Below are positions 47,387-57,332 of a stretch of 64,000 nt of DNA, piece after piece. The DNA is from an uncultured bacterium (GTDB taxonomy: Bacteria; Patescibacteriota; Minisyncoccia; Phycocordibacterales; UBA9973). The notes beneath the pieces are model-generated. The model was given only the letters and a program-made list of their open reading frames with translations, was not told where the DNA came from and did no database searches. The DNA is taken from the NCBI GenBank assembly GCA_903894955.1, contig CAITSA010000028.1:8495-72494 (forward strand). The letters run 5' to 3'. Position numbers and translations under genes: made by a program. The first letter of the stretch is position 1; each line of letters starts with the position of its first letter.

Positions 47387-47475
47387 GGAGCCGTGTCAGA
47401 GCGGTCTAACGTACCTCTTTGCTAAAGAGGCAGGGGCTTCAAAACCCCTCGGCGGTTCGAATCCGCCCGGCTCCG
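47387..47475 (+). tRNA. tRNA-Ser (anticodon GCT)
   Basis: Acceptor GGAGCCG/CGGCTCC, discriminator G73, anticodon loop TTGCTAA, variable arm GGGG-cttcaaaa-CCCC, T-loop TTCGAAT. Confidence 0.8.
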
Positions 47476-47485
47476 CAGATTATTT

Positions 47486-47933
47486 CTACAATATCTCTAC
47501 TTCGTCGGAGGTTCTTTTTACTGGATGCTGTCCGAATTCTCCACGCATAGTAGAAACTACTTTCCCTTGATAGGATGGCTTTGCTTGTGATGCTTGTCTT
47601 ACATCGAGTGACGCCTGAATAACTGGCATTGATATATTTTCTCGTATCCCAGCTTCGACTGTCCATGCCCCTTCCCCAGTACTGGAAGCTTTGCCTGATA
47701 TTTCATTTAAATCTTTCCCATATTTTTTATATCCATCACTCATCCATGAAACCAAACTAGAAGTAATCACACTTCCATGCGAATACACGTCCGTAATTTT
47801 TACAAGATCTAAATTAAATTCTTTTGAATGTCTCATGAGATCAAAGCCTTCTGCGATAGCTTGCATCATTCCATGTTTAACAAGCGAAAAACCATGTTTT
47901 TACCCATTTTTCCAAGCCCAATATATCCTATTT
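47486..47933 (-). pseudogene. gnd: 6-phosphogluconate dehydrogenase remnant (N-terminal 25 codons, frameshift/internal deletion, then C-terminal domain)
   Basis: MKKEIGYIGLGKMGKNMVF (NAD-binding GxGxxG) terminates after 25 codons. A different frame continues as MMQAIAEGFDLM...6PGD C-terminal domain. About 170 central residues are missing. Confidence 0.6.
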
Positions 47934-47955
47934 CTTTTTTCATATATTTATTTTG

Positions 47956-48909
47956 TTAAGAAATAAGCTTTTTAAATTCTTCCACCATTGGCACTTGCTC
48001 AGGTTCTAATCCGTATTGAACTGCTGTATAGTAAGAAACCCAATCTGCTAAAAGAAGTGAGGAGAAGATTTTATGCCAAATATCTTTTTCTTGAAGTTCA
48101 AAAGTTTCAACTGGCAACCCGCGGTCTTTGTATAATTTTTCCGTCACTACCATTCTTTTCAAAACTTTTGGATTATCTTTTATGTCTCTTAGAATGAGAA
48201 AATAGAATTTGTTGCACAATTCTTTTATATCAAAACCGTTTATTTCATTATGGTTTAATTCCGGAAAAACATTGTAAAAAGCGGGAATTTTGCCGGTTTC
48301 ATTTAATTTTATTTTCCAAATATAGGCCAAGAGTGAGTTATGATTTGAAGCATAAATAATAGGAACATAATTCCTCATTTTTTCCGCTAATATTTTTCCT
48401 TCTTTCTCATAATCCATCGGGTTCAAAGCTGTTGCCAGAACGCTCATTTTTTTTAATTCTTCTTCTTCCCCGATAAATTTAAGAAAAGCCCTAAGAGAAA
48501 AACCAAGAGCCATCCGAGGCTGAATTCTAGTATCTGGTAATTGTATATAAGGAACATTATTTTCTTTTGCTAATTTTAATAACTCACCGCCAATCGAGAT
48601 TGCCGCCATGGCCAAATTTTTGTCTTTGGCTTCATGAAAAGCTTCAATCACTTCTTCTGTGTTGCCAGAGTAAGAACTTAAAATAATCAGTTTATTTTTT
48701 AATTTTTCTATCGAGAATTCCGGTAATCCATAGTCACGGCGAACATCGATATCAAGATCTGGCCTGAGTTTTTTTAATAATTCTGCGGCGTGACCGGACC
48801 CACCCATACCAACAACTACAAAACTTGTTTTTTTTACAAAATTTTCCTGATTCCCAATCTCTGGTTCATAAGAAAATTGTTTATTAAAATTCTTTATTTC
48901 TTCGTACAT
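47956..48909 (-). CDS. SIS-domain bifunctional phosphoglucose/phosphomannose isomerase
   Basis: 317 aa. VVVGMGGSGHAAELL SIS motif and archaeal-type PGI/PMI layout. Confidence 0.65.
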   Translation of the reverse strand: MYEEIKNFNKQFSYEPEIGNQENFVKKTSFVVVGMGGSGHAAELLKKLRPDLDIDVRRDYGLPEFSIEKLKNKLIILSSYSGNTEEVIEAFHEAKDKNLAMAAISIGGELLKLAKENNVPYIQLPDTRIQPRMALGFSLRAFLKFIGEEEELKKMSVLATALNPMDYEKEGKILAEKMRNYVPIIYASNHNSLLAYIWKIKLNETGKIPAFYNVFPELNHNEINGFDIKELCNKFYFLILRDIKDNPKVLKRMVVTEKLYKDRGLPVETFELQEKDIWHKIFSSLLLADWVSYYTAVQYGLEPEQVPMVEEFKKLIS

Positions 48910-48912
48910 GAA

Positions 48913-49305
48913 TTAGCTTTTCTTTTTGGCTTCACGAACGGCCTTTTTAACTATTTTATTTGCTCCTTTTAATTCACTTTTCATTTTGTCTGCAAAAGCT
49001 TTGATATCTTTTTCGTGCAATTTATATTGTTTAGCATAATTTGAAGATACAACATCTATTGCTTTATAATAAAGAGGAGGGGTAACTTCTTTTGCCCTCT
49101 TAATTTCTTTCTCTACTTCTTTTTTCATCTTTTCCATCAACACCTTCGCTTTCTTTTGATGAGCTTTAGCTTTAGGTCCTAGAAAATAATATGCTCCTGC
49201 CCCTAAGGCCGCCATCCCAGCTACTCCTGCTACTATTTTCCCACCCGACATTCCCTTTTTTATACTTATCTTTTTTTTCATATAATTTTGATTATACGAA
49301 ATCAT
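48913..49305 (-). CDS. hypothetical Lys-rich protein with N-terminal TM (YtxH-like?)
   Basis: 130 aa. Confidence 0.35.
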   Translation of the reverse strand: MISYNQNYMKKKISIKKGMSGGKIVAGVAGMAALGAGAYYFLGPKAKAHQKKAKVLMEKMKKEVEKEIKRAKEVTPPLYYKAIDVVSSNYAKQYKLHEKDIKAFADKMKSELKGANKIVKKAVREAKKKS

Positions 49306-49344
49306 GCCGCGCAGTCGTCCATTAAAGCGTGGCGTTAATTATTA

Positions 49345-49617
49345 TTAATCTTTTCGACTTTTTCTTTTTTTCTTAAAAAGAAAATTGAATACTGCACTAT
49401 CTCTTATGTCATCAAGCATTTCTCTAGTAGTATCACCAATATTGTCTATGTCTTTTTCTACTCTATCTATAATCCTTAAAAAGGTTTTGGTGGCACGAAT
49501 AAGAAAAAATAAAAAGATAGCGACCAAAATCCACAAAAGGACAAAGCCGATTGAAGATATAAAGAAAAAAACTTGTGACTGTAAAAGTGTATCCATAAGA
49601 TGAATTATATCACACAT
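49345..49617 (-). CDS. small membrane protein (DUF948-like?)
   Basis: 90 aa, one TM plus a charged tail. Confidence 0.35.
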   Translation of the reverse strand: MCDIIHLMDTLLQSQVFFFISSIGFVLLWILVAIFLFFLIRATKTFLRIIDRVEKDIDNIGDTTREMLDDIRDSAVFNFLFKKKRKSRKD

Positions 49618-49658
49618 TAAGAATAGTAAATATACTTAAAAAGCCGTATAATTCAAAG

Positions 49659-51836
49659 ATGGAATTAGGTGATAAATTAGAGGAAAAATTTCGTCTCGAT
49701 ATAAATCAAAAAAAAGCCTTGCATAGGTTAAAGATTTTTTCTGTGGCAGATTTACTTGGGCACTTCCCTGTTCGTTATAGCGATATTAGTGAGATAAAAA
49801 ATATCGCAGAATTAATTCCTGGTGACCTAGCGACAGTTTATGGCAAAGTCTCAAAATTAAAAACTAAAAAAGCTTTTCACTCAAAAATACCAATGGCCGA
49901 AGGTGAAATCGAAGATCTATCCGGTGCAATAAAAATAACTTGGTTTAATCAAGCATACCTCGCAAAAATGATTAAAAATGACGAGAATGTAAAATTAACT
50001 GGCAAAGTCACTCAAGGAAAGAACGGCATTTATTTAGCCAATCCAGAATTTGAAAAATTGCCTTCTATGCCAATAGATATGCACGACACCCTTTTCAAGA
50101 GAGATGGTACAAAAAATACTGGTTTTTCTTATCCAATTTATACAGAAACTCGAGGCATCACTTCTAAATGGTTTTATCATGCGCTTGAAAAAATATTCAA
50201 AGAGCATACTTTGGATAATTTAGAAGATTATATTCCAGATGATATTTTAAAAAAATATCACTTACCTACTTTAAAAACATCCCTTGTTTGGATTCACAAA
50301 CCAAAAAACAAAGATGATGCACAATCTGCACGCAAAAGATTCGCTTTTGAGGAAGTTTTTTGCATTCAACTAGAACGCCAACATGATAAATTTGAATATA
50401 GGAAAAATAAATCTTTTCAAATCAAAAAAGAGACGAAAGAAGTGCAAAATTTTTTAAAACGTTTTCCTTTTGAACCAACGAATTCACAGAAAAAATCAAT
50501 TGAAATAATATTAAACGACATGGAAAGAAATTTCCCAATGTCTCGTTTATTAGAAGGCGATGTTGGAAGCGGTAAAACAGCAGTAGCAGCGACAGCTAGC
50601 TACCTTACAGTACAACAAAGACCTCTCAACAAGGAAGGCAAAATTCAAACCTTTGGAAATTTACAAGTAGCCTATATGGCACCAACAGAAATCCTTGCTA
50701 CGCAACACTTTGAATCATTTATAGAATATTTTAAGCATTTACCAATTAATATTGGTTTGATCACTGGATCCGGCTGCAGAAAATTTCCTTCAAAATTAAA
50801 TCCGAATGGCTGGACCACTATTTCTCGCCCTCAACTTTTAAAATGGGTAGCAAATGGAGAAATACCAATTTTAATCGGCACCCATGCACTTATTCAAAAA
50901 ACTGTAAAATTTAAAAATCTAGCTTTAGTAGTGATAGATGAACAACATCGCTTCGGCACAATGCAAAGAAGAAAGTTGGTGAGGAAGGACAACATCGCCC
51001 CACACCTACTCTCGATGACAGCTACTCCAATCCCCCGTACACTCGCACTTACAATCTATGGAGATTTAGATTTATCACTTCTTGATGAAATGCCCGCTGG
51101 TAGAAAAGAAATAATTACAGAAATAATTACCCCCAACAAAAGAGAAAATACTTATGAAAAAATAAAACTCGAACTAAAAGCTGGTAGACAACTCTATGTA
51201 ATTTGTCCAAGAATTTTTGAAGCAGATCCTGAAAAAGAATTGGCCCTTAATGTGAAATCAGCCGAAGCTGAAGCCAAGATATTAAAAAAGGGAGTTTTCA
51301 AAGAATATGAGATAGGAATATTGCATAGCAAAATGAGTAAAGAAAAAAAAGAAGAAGTGATGCAGAATTTTACTTTGGGGAAAATAAATATCTTGTGCGC
51401 AACTTCGGTAGTGGAAGTTGGGGTCAATGTACCTAATGCGACAGTAATAATAATTGAGGGAGCAGAACGTTTCGGACTCGCCCAATTGCACCAACTCCGT
51501 GGACGGGTCATCCGAAGCTCGCATCAAGCATATTGTTATATTTTTGCAGAAGCAAAAAGCGAGAAAACAATAGCTCGATTAAAAGCTTTAAAAACTGCAA
51601 AAAATGGTTTCAAATTAGCTGAACTAGACCTTACCCTTCGTGGTTCTGGTGGACTCGGAGGCACAAAACAATGGGGTATTACCGATCTTGGAATGGAAGC
51701 TATAAAAAATATAAAAATGGTCGAAGCCGCCCGTGCTGAAGCTATTCATCTAATAGGAGAAGACCCAGAGCTCACTAAATATCCCTTACTAAAAGCTAAA
51801 GTAAAACAAAAAACATCTGAATTCCACTTTGAATAA
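49659..51836 (+). CDS. recG: ATP-dependent DNA helicase RecG
   Basis: 725 aa, wedge domain, helicase motifs (GDVGSGKT; DEQHRFG), C-terminal helicase domain. Confidence 0.9.
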   Translation: MELGDKLEEKFRLDINQKKALHRLKIFSVADLLGHFPVRYSDISEIKNIAELIPGDLATVYGKVSKLKTKKAFHSKIPMAEGEIEDLSGAIKITWFNQAYLAKMIKNDENVKLTGKVTQGKNGIYLANPEFEKLPSMPIDMHDTLFKRDGTKNTGFSYPIYTETRGITSKWFYHALEKIFKEHTLDNLEDYIPDDILKKYHLPTLKTSLVWIHKPKNKDDAQSARKRFAFEEVFCIQLERQHDKFEYRKNKSFQIKKETKEVQNFLKRFPFEPTNSQKKSIEIILNDMERNFPMSRLLEGDVGSGKTAVAATASYLTVQQRPLNKEGKIQTFGNLQVAYMAPTEILATQHFESFIEYFKHLPINIGLITGSGCRKFPSKLNPNGWTTISRPQLLKWVANGEIPILIGTHALIQKTVKFKNLALVVIDEQHRFGTMQRRKLVRKDNIAPHLLSMTATPIPRTLALTIYGDLDLSLLDEMPAGRKEIITEIITPNKRENTYEKIKLELKAGRQLYVICPRIFEADPEKELALNVKSAEAEAKILKKGVFKEYEIGILHSKMSKEKKEEVMQNFTLGKINILCATSVVEVGVNVPNATVIIIEGAERFGLAQLHQLRGRVIRSSHQAYCYIFAEAKSEKTIARLKALKTAKNGFKLAELDLTLRGSGGLGGTKQWGITDLGMEAIKNIKMVEAARAEAIHLIGEDPELTKYPLLKAKVKQKTSEFHFE

Positions 51837-51837
51837 A

Positions 51838-52395
51838 TTATTTATAATCCGGCTTGATTTCTTCTGCGCCTTCTAAGTGACTCGCAATCCTAGCTAAAGC
51901 ATAAAGCAAACTCGAAAGTCTATTAAGGTAAGACAAGGTTTCGTCACTTACCACAACCTGCCCTTCTTCTTTTGCTTCAACCACTCGCCTTTCTGCACGT
52001 CTTACCAATGTACGTGCAAAATCAAAAGTTGCCCCTAACTCGGTTGAGCCAGAAATAAAAAAATTCTTAATCGGTGGTAGAATTTTTTCAATTTCATCAA
52101 CCATTTTCTCAACTCTATTTACTTTTTCTATATCAATAGACAAAGTCGCTCCAGCAATCTCTGCCTGCACTATAAATAAATTTTGTTGAATCTCTAAAAT
52201 AAGATCAGAAAAATTTATTTTTTCACCCTTAATTTCAAAAGTTTTTTCTTTGGTTCTAGCCCGAGCCAAACCCAAAAAAGAATTAGTCTCATCAAGCGCA
52301 CCTAAGGCTTCCGCTACTATCGAGTTCTTAGAAATACTCTGATCACATCCAAAAGTTTTAGTCGTACCCTTGTCTCCTTTTTTTGTGTATAACAT
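51838..52395 (-). CDS. PduO-type ATP:cob(I)alamin adenosyltransferase
   Basis: MLYTKKGDKGTT... conserved PduO/MMAB N-terminus. 185 aa. Confidence 0.8.
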   Translation of the reverse strand: MLYTKKGDKGTTKTFGCDQSISKNSIVAEALGALDETNSFLGLARARTKEKTFEIKGEKINFSDLILEIQQNLFIVQAEIAGATLSIDIEKVNRVEKMVDEIEKILPPIKNFFISGSTELGATFDFARTLVRRAERRVVEAKEEGQVVVSDETLSYLNRLSSLLYALARIASHLEGAEEIKPDYK

Positions 52396-52529
52396 AATCT
52401 TATATATTATAAATTTATTTAAAATATCAACGTTTCTTCGGTACGGATTTTTTTCTGGTGAAAAAAATCCTGAAGTTCTCGGCTCGACAGCCTACGAAAC
52501 CCCTGCGAAAAGTTATATTTTAAAGAAAT

Positions 52530-54824
52530 TTAAATCTCACAAACACCGGAAACGCAAGCGAATTCTTTGGCTCCAGTAGTATTGTCTGTTGCTTCATATT
52601 GAGAAAGTTTCGAGAAATCAATTTTGCCGATAGCTTTCGTTCTCCTCTCGTATTCCTCTTTGGTAATTGCCTCATAGGGAGCTAGTTGATAAACGTGTTC
52701 TGAACGTGGAAGGAAGGAAAGCCCACCAATGGAATCCCAGTTTTCATAGACAAAATTGCCAACCGCAAGCCATTCTTCTGGTCCGACATAAATAGTGGCC
52801 GATGGATTGTGTTCCACGAAATGTTCTTTGAGCCGTTTCCATTCTGTTATTAAATCCAAGGCAGAAACTTCATCTTTGAAAATTGCTCCAGCTGGTGCTT
52901 TAACTGGAAATTCTAAAACAAAAGTAGTGGCCAGTGCTTCGGATTGACCAACTTCTGGTAAACATGGCACCCCTTGATCCCGAGCCATTTGAAGCAATGT
53001 ATCAGTGTGAGAAATACGTACTCGGCGAATAAAGTATGGAGCGTACCAAGGATGCATACCTGAACCAACACCTAAAAGCTGTCCAGAATTACCGTGAGGT
53101 TTTACGCAAGTGATAGCGGTAGAAGGATTGATTCCAAAACGCTTGGCATACTTTTTATTTGTTTCAATAGAATCAATTCGAAGAATGTCGAGTACTTTAT
53201 CGTCTCGAATAATTTGATTATCATAATAACCAGTTAGGGACACTCCGAGCAATCTTTCATTTTCACAATTTTCTTTCCATTTCTTTGAAAGATAGCCAAA
53301 ATTGGTTAAAGTGGATTGATAAGTTCCAAGCAAAGTTGCTAATTCCATTTTTCTTTTTAATGTTTCAGCTGTGTCCTTTGGACGAATCACAATACTAGTT
53401 AAATTACAAAATTGTCTGGAACGCAAATAAATTTCTCCGCAAGGATTCATGCCCATTTGCCTCTCATCTTTGATAGCCGCCCAACGACGCGCTGGCACTT
53501 GCTTCTCTAGTCCTGCTCTGTTAAAAATTCCACGTTCTCCAGACTTAGACTTTACTAAAGCAGTCCACTCATTTAAAAATTCTTCAGCCGAAGGCTTGGA
53601 ATTATAAACAGCAGAATTATTGGCCATACTGCGTTGTCCTTCCGTTAAATAAAATTGTCCTTTCTTGGCATCTCGCATTTCAGTGTCTTCTAATTCAGAA
53701 AGAGAGATAAGAGCACTGCGTCGTACTCCACCTGCCACCACAATCATTCCAATCTGACAGATAATGTCATGCATGTCTAAGTTAGAAAGTCGACGACCTT
53801 GTTTAGCTAAAATTTTACGTCTAGCAAATTCCATAAGATCCATCAATGGTTGAGGTCCAGAAGCTCGTCCACCAGCCACTTCCAAGCGCGCACCAGCTGG
53901 TCGAATACGTGAATAATCAAATTTCACATCTTTACCATCAAACCAAGAATTTAAGCCGAACACAAAAGCGTCCGCCCATCCTTCTTTACTATCTGCCACA
54001 ACATGAACGGCTGGTTTTTCTTTTAATTGTTTTTTAATCTGTGGAAATTGTTGAACATTCTCCCACTCAACCGCAAAACCCAACCCTGCCCCACACATTG
54101 AAATATACATAATTTCTCCTAAATCTTGAGTACAGGTAGGAGCGACATAGGAGCAATTATAGGCCCAAACATTTGAATTTCGACAAGCCTTACCTGAAGA
54201 CCACAAAAGACGCATAGAAGGGCAAATATCTTGATTTAAGATGGCTTCTCGAACATCTGTATATTCTTTGACTGTAAGTTTATTCCCAAGGTTCTCTTTC
54301 ATATAGGCCATATAGCGATCAACGGCCTCGATCCAAGTCTCCCTGCGACCTAACTCTGGAACCCATCTCGAATAAAATTGATAAAAAATATATTCTGAAT
54401 AAGGACTATAAAAATATTTACTAGATTCTTCTACGGCTAGTCTCACTGTTTCTGATACTGGTCCGAAAACTGCCCGAAGTTCTGAACGCTTACTACGATA
54501 AAGAATGTATTTTTTAGCAGTTTCAGTAAAGCCATTTTTCATTAATTCTTTTTCCACCAAATCTTGAACCATTTCAACCGTCGGTAAAAATTTTGCTCCT
54601 TTGTGTATAGAAATTAACTCAGATTGAAGTTTTAAAAGATTTTTAAAAACATGACTGGCTATGGTGTAAGATTCTGACTCTCCTCCTTCCTCTGTTACCT
54701 CAAAAGCTCTAAAGACAGCTCGAGCAACTCTTTCTAAATCTAAAGGAACAACTTCTCCAGTTCTTCTACGAATTGATTTAATTTTTTTCAATTCACTTTT
54801 TAAAATTTTTTCTGCTTTTTTCAT
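52530..54824 (-). CDS. nrdJ: class II (adenosylcobalamin-dependent) ribonucleotide reductase
   Basis: 764 aa with N-terminal ATP-cone-like region and RNR catalytic core with the cysteine triad. Monomeric NrdJ-like length. Confidence 0.8.
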   Translation of the reverse strand: MKKAEKILKSELKKIKSIRRRTGEVVPLDLERVARAVFRAFEVTEEGGESESYTIASHVFKNLLKLQSELISIHKGAKFLPTVEMVQDLVEKELMKNGFTETAKKYILYRSKRSELRAVFGPVSETVRLAVEESSKYFYSPYSEYIFYQFYSRWVPELGRRETWIEAVDRYMAYMKENLGNKLTVKEYTDVREAILNQDICPSMRLLWSSGKACRNSNVWAYNCSYVAPTCTQDLGEIMYISMCGAGLGFAVEWENVQQFPQIKKQLKEKPAVHVVADSKEGWADAFVFGLNSWFDGKDVKFDYSRIRPAGARLEVAGGRASGPQPLMDLMEFARRKILAKQGRRLSNLDMHDIICQIGMIVVAGGVRRSALISLSELEDTEMRDAKKGQFYLTEGQRSMANNSAVYNSKPSAEEFLNEWTALVKSKSGERGIFNRAGLEKQVPARRWAAIKDERQMGMNPCGEIYLRSRQFCNLTSIVIRPKDTAETLKRKMELATLLGTYQSTLTNFGYLSKKWKENCENERLLGVSLTGYYDNQIIRDDKVLDILRIDSIETNKKYAKRFGINPSTAITCVKPHGNSGQLLGVGSGMHPWYAPYFIRRVRISHTDTLLQMARDQGVPCLPEVGQSEALATTFVLEFPVKAPAGAIFKDEVSALDLITEWKRLKEHFVEHNPSATIYVGPEEWLAVGNFVYENWDSIGGLSFLPRSEHVYQLAPYEAITKEEYERRTKAIGKIDFSKLSQYEATDNTTGAKEFACVSGVCEI

Positions 54825-54828
54825 GTTT

Positions 54829-55425
54829 TTAAATTATTTTAGGATTAAGAGTGTCAAGAGTAGGAAATAATTTCTTTTTCCTACCTACCAGCAGGTGAAT
54901 CTTTTTCTTAATCAAAAAATTATAAATAACGGGACTCAATGTATAGGCAAGAACAACATTACCAAGTAAATGGAAAAAAGTAAATGGGATTTGCCCAATC
55001 AAAGATCCAAAAAATGATTGATGAAAAAATATAGGACCAACTGTCAACCCAGTCAATGCATCAAAAAAGAGTGTCCCCAAAATCGCAAACCGTACATAAC
55101 TCCATTTGTCTGCTTTTCCCTTAGAGGCAACTCTACCTTTGGCGGAAAAATAACTGGCAGACCAGAAACCAATTATTCCATAAGCTAAAGTGGTAAAAAA
55201 AGTCTGTATTCCTAGTGTCCCAGTGATGACATCGTAAAGTAAAATACTTGAAACAGCAAAAGAGAAACCAATAAGTGCTCCGTAAGCTTTACTGAAAGGC
55301 ATCAAGGTCGCCATAATGGGTTCAATATTAGGAGCGCGAAAAGGTATAAGTCGAATCAGTAAACATAAAACAAGGGCTGCGGTGATTTTGAAATAATTTT
55401 TTTCTTTCGCGTCCATGAAGACCAT
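54829..55425 (-). CDS. polytopic membrane protein, possible ECF-transporter S component
   Basis: 198 aa, 5-6 TM. Immediately downstream of nrdJ and the PduO adenosyltransferase, which suggests a cobalamin-related substrate. Confidence 0.35.
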   Translation of the reverse strand: MVFMDAKEKNYFKITAALVLCLLIRLIPFRAPNIEPIMATLMPFSKAYGALIGFSFAVSSILLYDVITGTLGIQTFFTTLAYGIIGFWSASYFSAKGRVASKGKADKWSYVRFAILGTLFFDALTGLTVGPIFFHQSFFGSLIGQIPFTFFHLLGNVVLAYTLSPVIYNFLIKKKIHLLVGRKKKLFPTLDTLNPKII

Positions 55426-55535
55426 TATACACGAAAACGGTCATCTAATGTACAGTGGATAACTCAATTTATTTAACATTTTTAAGAGAAAATTATTCTA
55501 AACACATAAAAGAAAATAAGACAAGACAAGATTTC

Positions 55536-55692
55536 GTAGAATAGTCCAGAAACATAACTTTTGCAGGGGTTTCGAGCGCGACGGCGCGAGAATTTCAAAA
55601 TTTTTGATTCTGCGGAATCATGTCGCGTAAGTCCTTATAACGCGACTAAAAAATTTGTACCGGAAAAAGTTATATTTCTGGACTATTTTATG
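55536..55692. repeat. about 155-bp element bounded by 26-bp inverted repeats (TARAATAGTCCAGAAAYATAACTTTT) with a GC-rich hairpin core
   Basis: Left arm 55536-55561, right arm 55667-55692. Core contains gtcgcgt..acgcgac and gagcgcgacggcgcgag hairpins. No obvious target-site duplication. Confidence 0.45.
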
Positions 55693-57332
55693 GCCGGCAA
55701 CTCTATATAGAAAGTGGAACCCTTGCCTGCTCCTTCAGATTCTACCCAAACACGCCCTTTATGAGCTTCTGCGATTAATTTTACCGTATAGAGCCCATAA
55801 CCCGTACTATCCACATTTACCTTAACGGAATCTTTACCTCGCCCCCCCTCGGTGAATAAATTCTTTTTATCTTCTTCGGTGATACCTATCCCTGTGTCTT
55901 TAATAGAAAAGATGACTAAACCATTCCCGCCCTCATGAAGCTCGGTAATTATTTTCCCTTCTTTTGTATATTTAATAGAATTTTCAATTAAATTACTAAC
56001 CGCTTCTTTAAGCCAGAAAGTATCCCCTAGCACATTACAAACACTGTCGTTTATGCCTGTTTCCAATTTCAATCCTTTAGCCTCTATTCCAATTTTCTTA
56101 TCATTAATAGTTTGCAAAACCACGTCTTTAAAATCAATTTTCTGCATATCATATTTAATTGTTCCATTTTGCATATTAGCCACATTCAATACCAAATTAA
56201 CTGTTTGAATGCCATTGTTATCAAACTCCAAACCTTGTTCAGCTCTTTTCTTAATTTCTTCAGAAATTTCCCCAAAGGTACCGTCCAACATTCCCGCAAA
56301 AAGTAATTTCATGCGAGTAAAAGAACCTTTCACTTTGTGAGTAACGAGATGCACGAGGCTTTCCCTCTCCTTAAGTAATTTTTCAAGATTAATATTAAGT
56401 TTTGCTAATTCTTCTTTCTGTGCAATTTCTTTTTTGACACTTCTGTTTATGAAAAGCCCAAGTCCTGCAGAAATCACAAGTGTAATAGCAGTGAGAATTT
56501 TATTTACATCACTTTGAATAAAGAAAAATTCTGAACCAACAAGTGCAATAAGCCCCCAAGTTAGTGCTTGAGTTGCGAGAAGTTTTACGTTAAAAGTTTT
56601 GAATTCAACTATAAGGATGCTGATATAAATCATAAATATTACCATACCAAAAAGTCCATATAATTCAATTCCTGAATTTGGCAACCATCCTATTTTTGTA
56701 AGATAAGTTGCTAAAAATTCCATTCCAAAAAAAGAAAAAATGAAAAGTTCAATTCCTATTCCCATAAGAACAATTTGTTTTTTAAAATCAGATGTTATGG
56801 TTCGGTATTTTTTAATAAGCAAAATCAATATCCAAACCATAGCCAAAATACCGAGCGAGGTTCCGTAAATTTTGAACGGGAGAAACTCAAAATCAAAGGC
56901 ATCGCAATTTGTTATATTAAAACCGCTTATATTAAAATTAGTAGTCGCTAAAATTAAAATAGGGGCAAGTAATGTTAAAAAAATAATTTTTAAACGAAAC
57001 TCCACATCTTTTTTTTCAAGAAAAACATAAATAAAATAAATACAAAATATAGCAATAAAACCAAGAATCAAACTGTAAAATGGCCAAATAAAAGCCATTA
57101 AACCTCCATCATTACCCGCCCACACAATAAGCGTTGTAAAAGTCCAGAGTGAAAAAAGAATCGCAATTAAAAAGAGAAGACGGTTTAATAAAAGATGTTT
57201 TCCGTTCCAGAAAATATAAAAACCAAACAAAAGAGCTATAACAGTTGCTGGAATTTGAGCATAGTACAATAACGCTGGAACATCATGAGAGAATAAAAGA
57301 AATATTGGTTTTGGATATAAATAACAAATCAT
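55683..57332 (-). CDS. membrane sensor histidine kinase
   Basis: 549 aa, about 9 N-terminal TM, HisKA (LVTHKVKGSF) and HATPase_c (N, G1 DTGIGI, G2 GTGYGL) boxes. Confidence 0.8.
   Translation of the reverse strand: MICYLYPKPIFLLFSHDVPALLYYAQIPATVIALLFGFYIFWNGKHLLLNRLLFLIAILFSLWTFTTLIVWAGNDGGLMAFIWPFYSLILGFIAIFCIYFIYVFLEKKDVEFRLKIIFLTLLAPILILATTNFNISGFNITNCDAFDFEFLPFKIYGTSLGILAMVWILILLIKKYRTITSDFKKQIVLMGIGIELFIFSFFGMEFLATYLTKIGWLPNSGIELYGLFGMVIFMIYISILIVEFKTFNVKLLATQALTWGLIALVGSEFFFIQSDVNKILTAITLVISAGLGLFINRSVKKEIAQKEELAKLNINLEKLLKERESLVHLVTHKVKGSFTRMKLLFAGMLDGTFGEISEEIKKRAEQGLEFDNNGIQTVNLVLNVANMQNGTIKYDMQKIDFKDVVLQTINDKKIGIEAKGLKLETGINDSVCNVLGDTFWLKEAVSNLIENSIKYTKEGKIITELHEGGNGLVIFSIKDTGIGITEEDKKNLFTEGGRGKDSVKVNVDSTGYGLYTVKLIAEAHKGRVWVESEGAGKGSTFYIELPAIK

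Noticed and set aside
55426-55682. Cobalamin riboswitch upstream of the putative ECF S-component next to nrdJ
   Set aside because: No B12-box-like conserved core recognisable by eye. The region is instead dominated by an inverted-repeat element.
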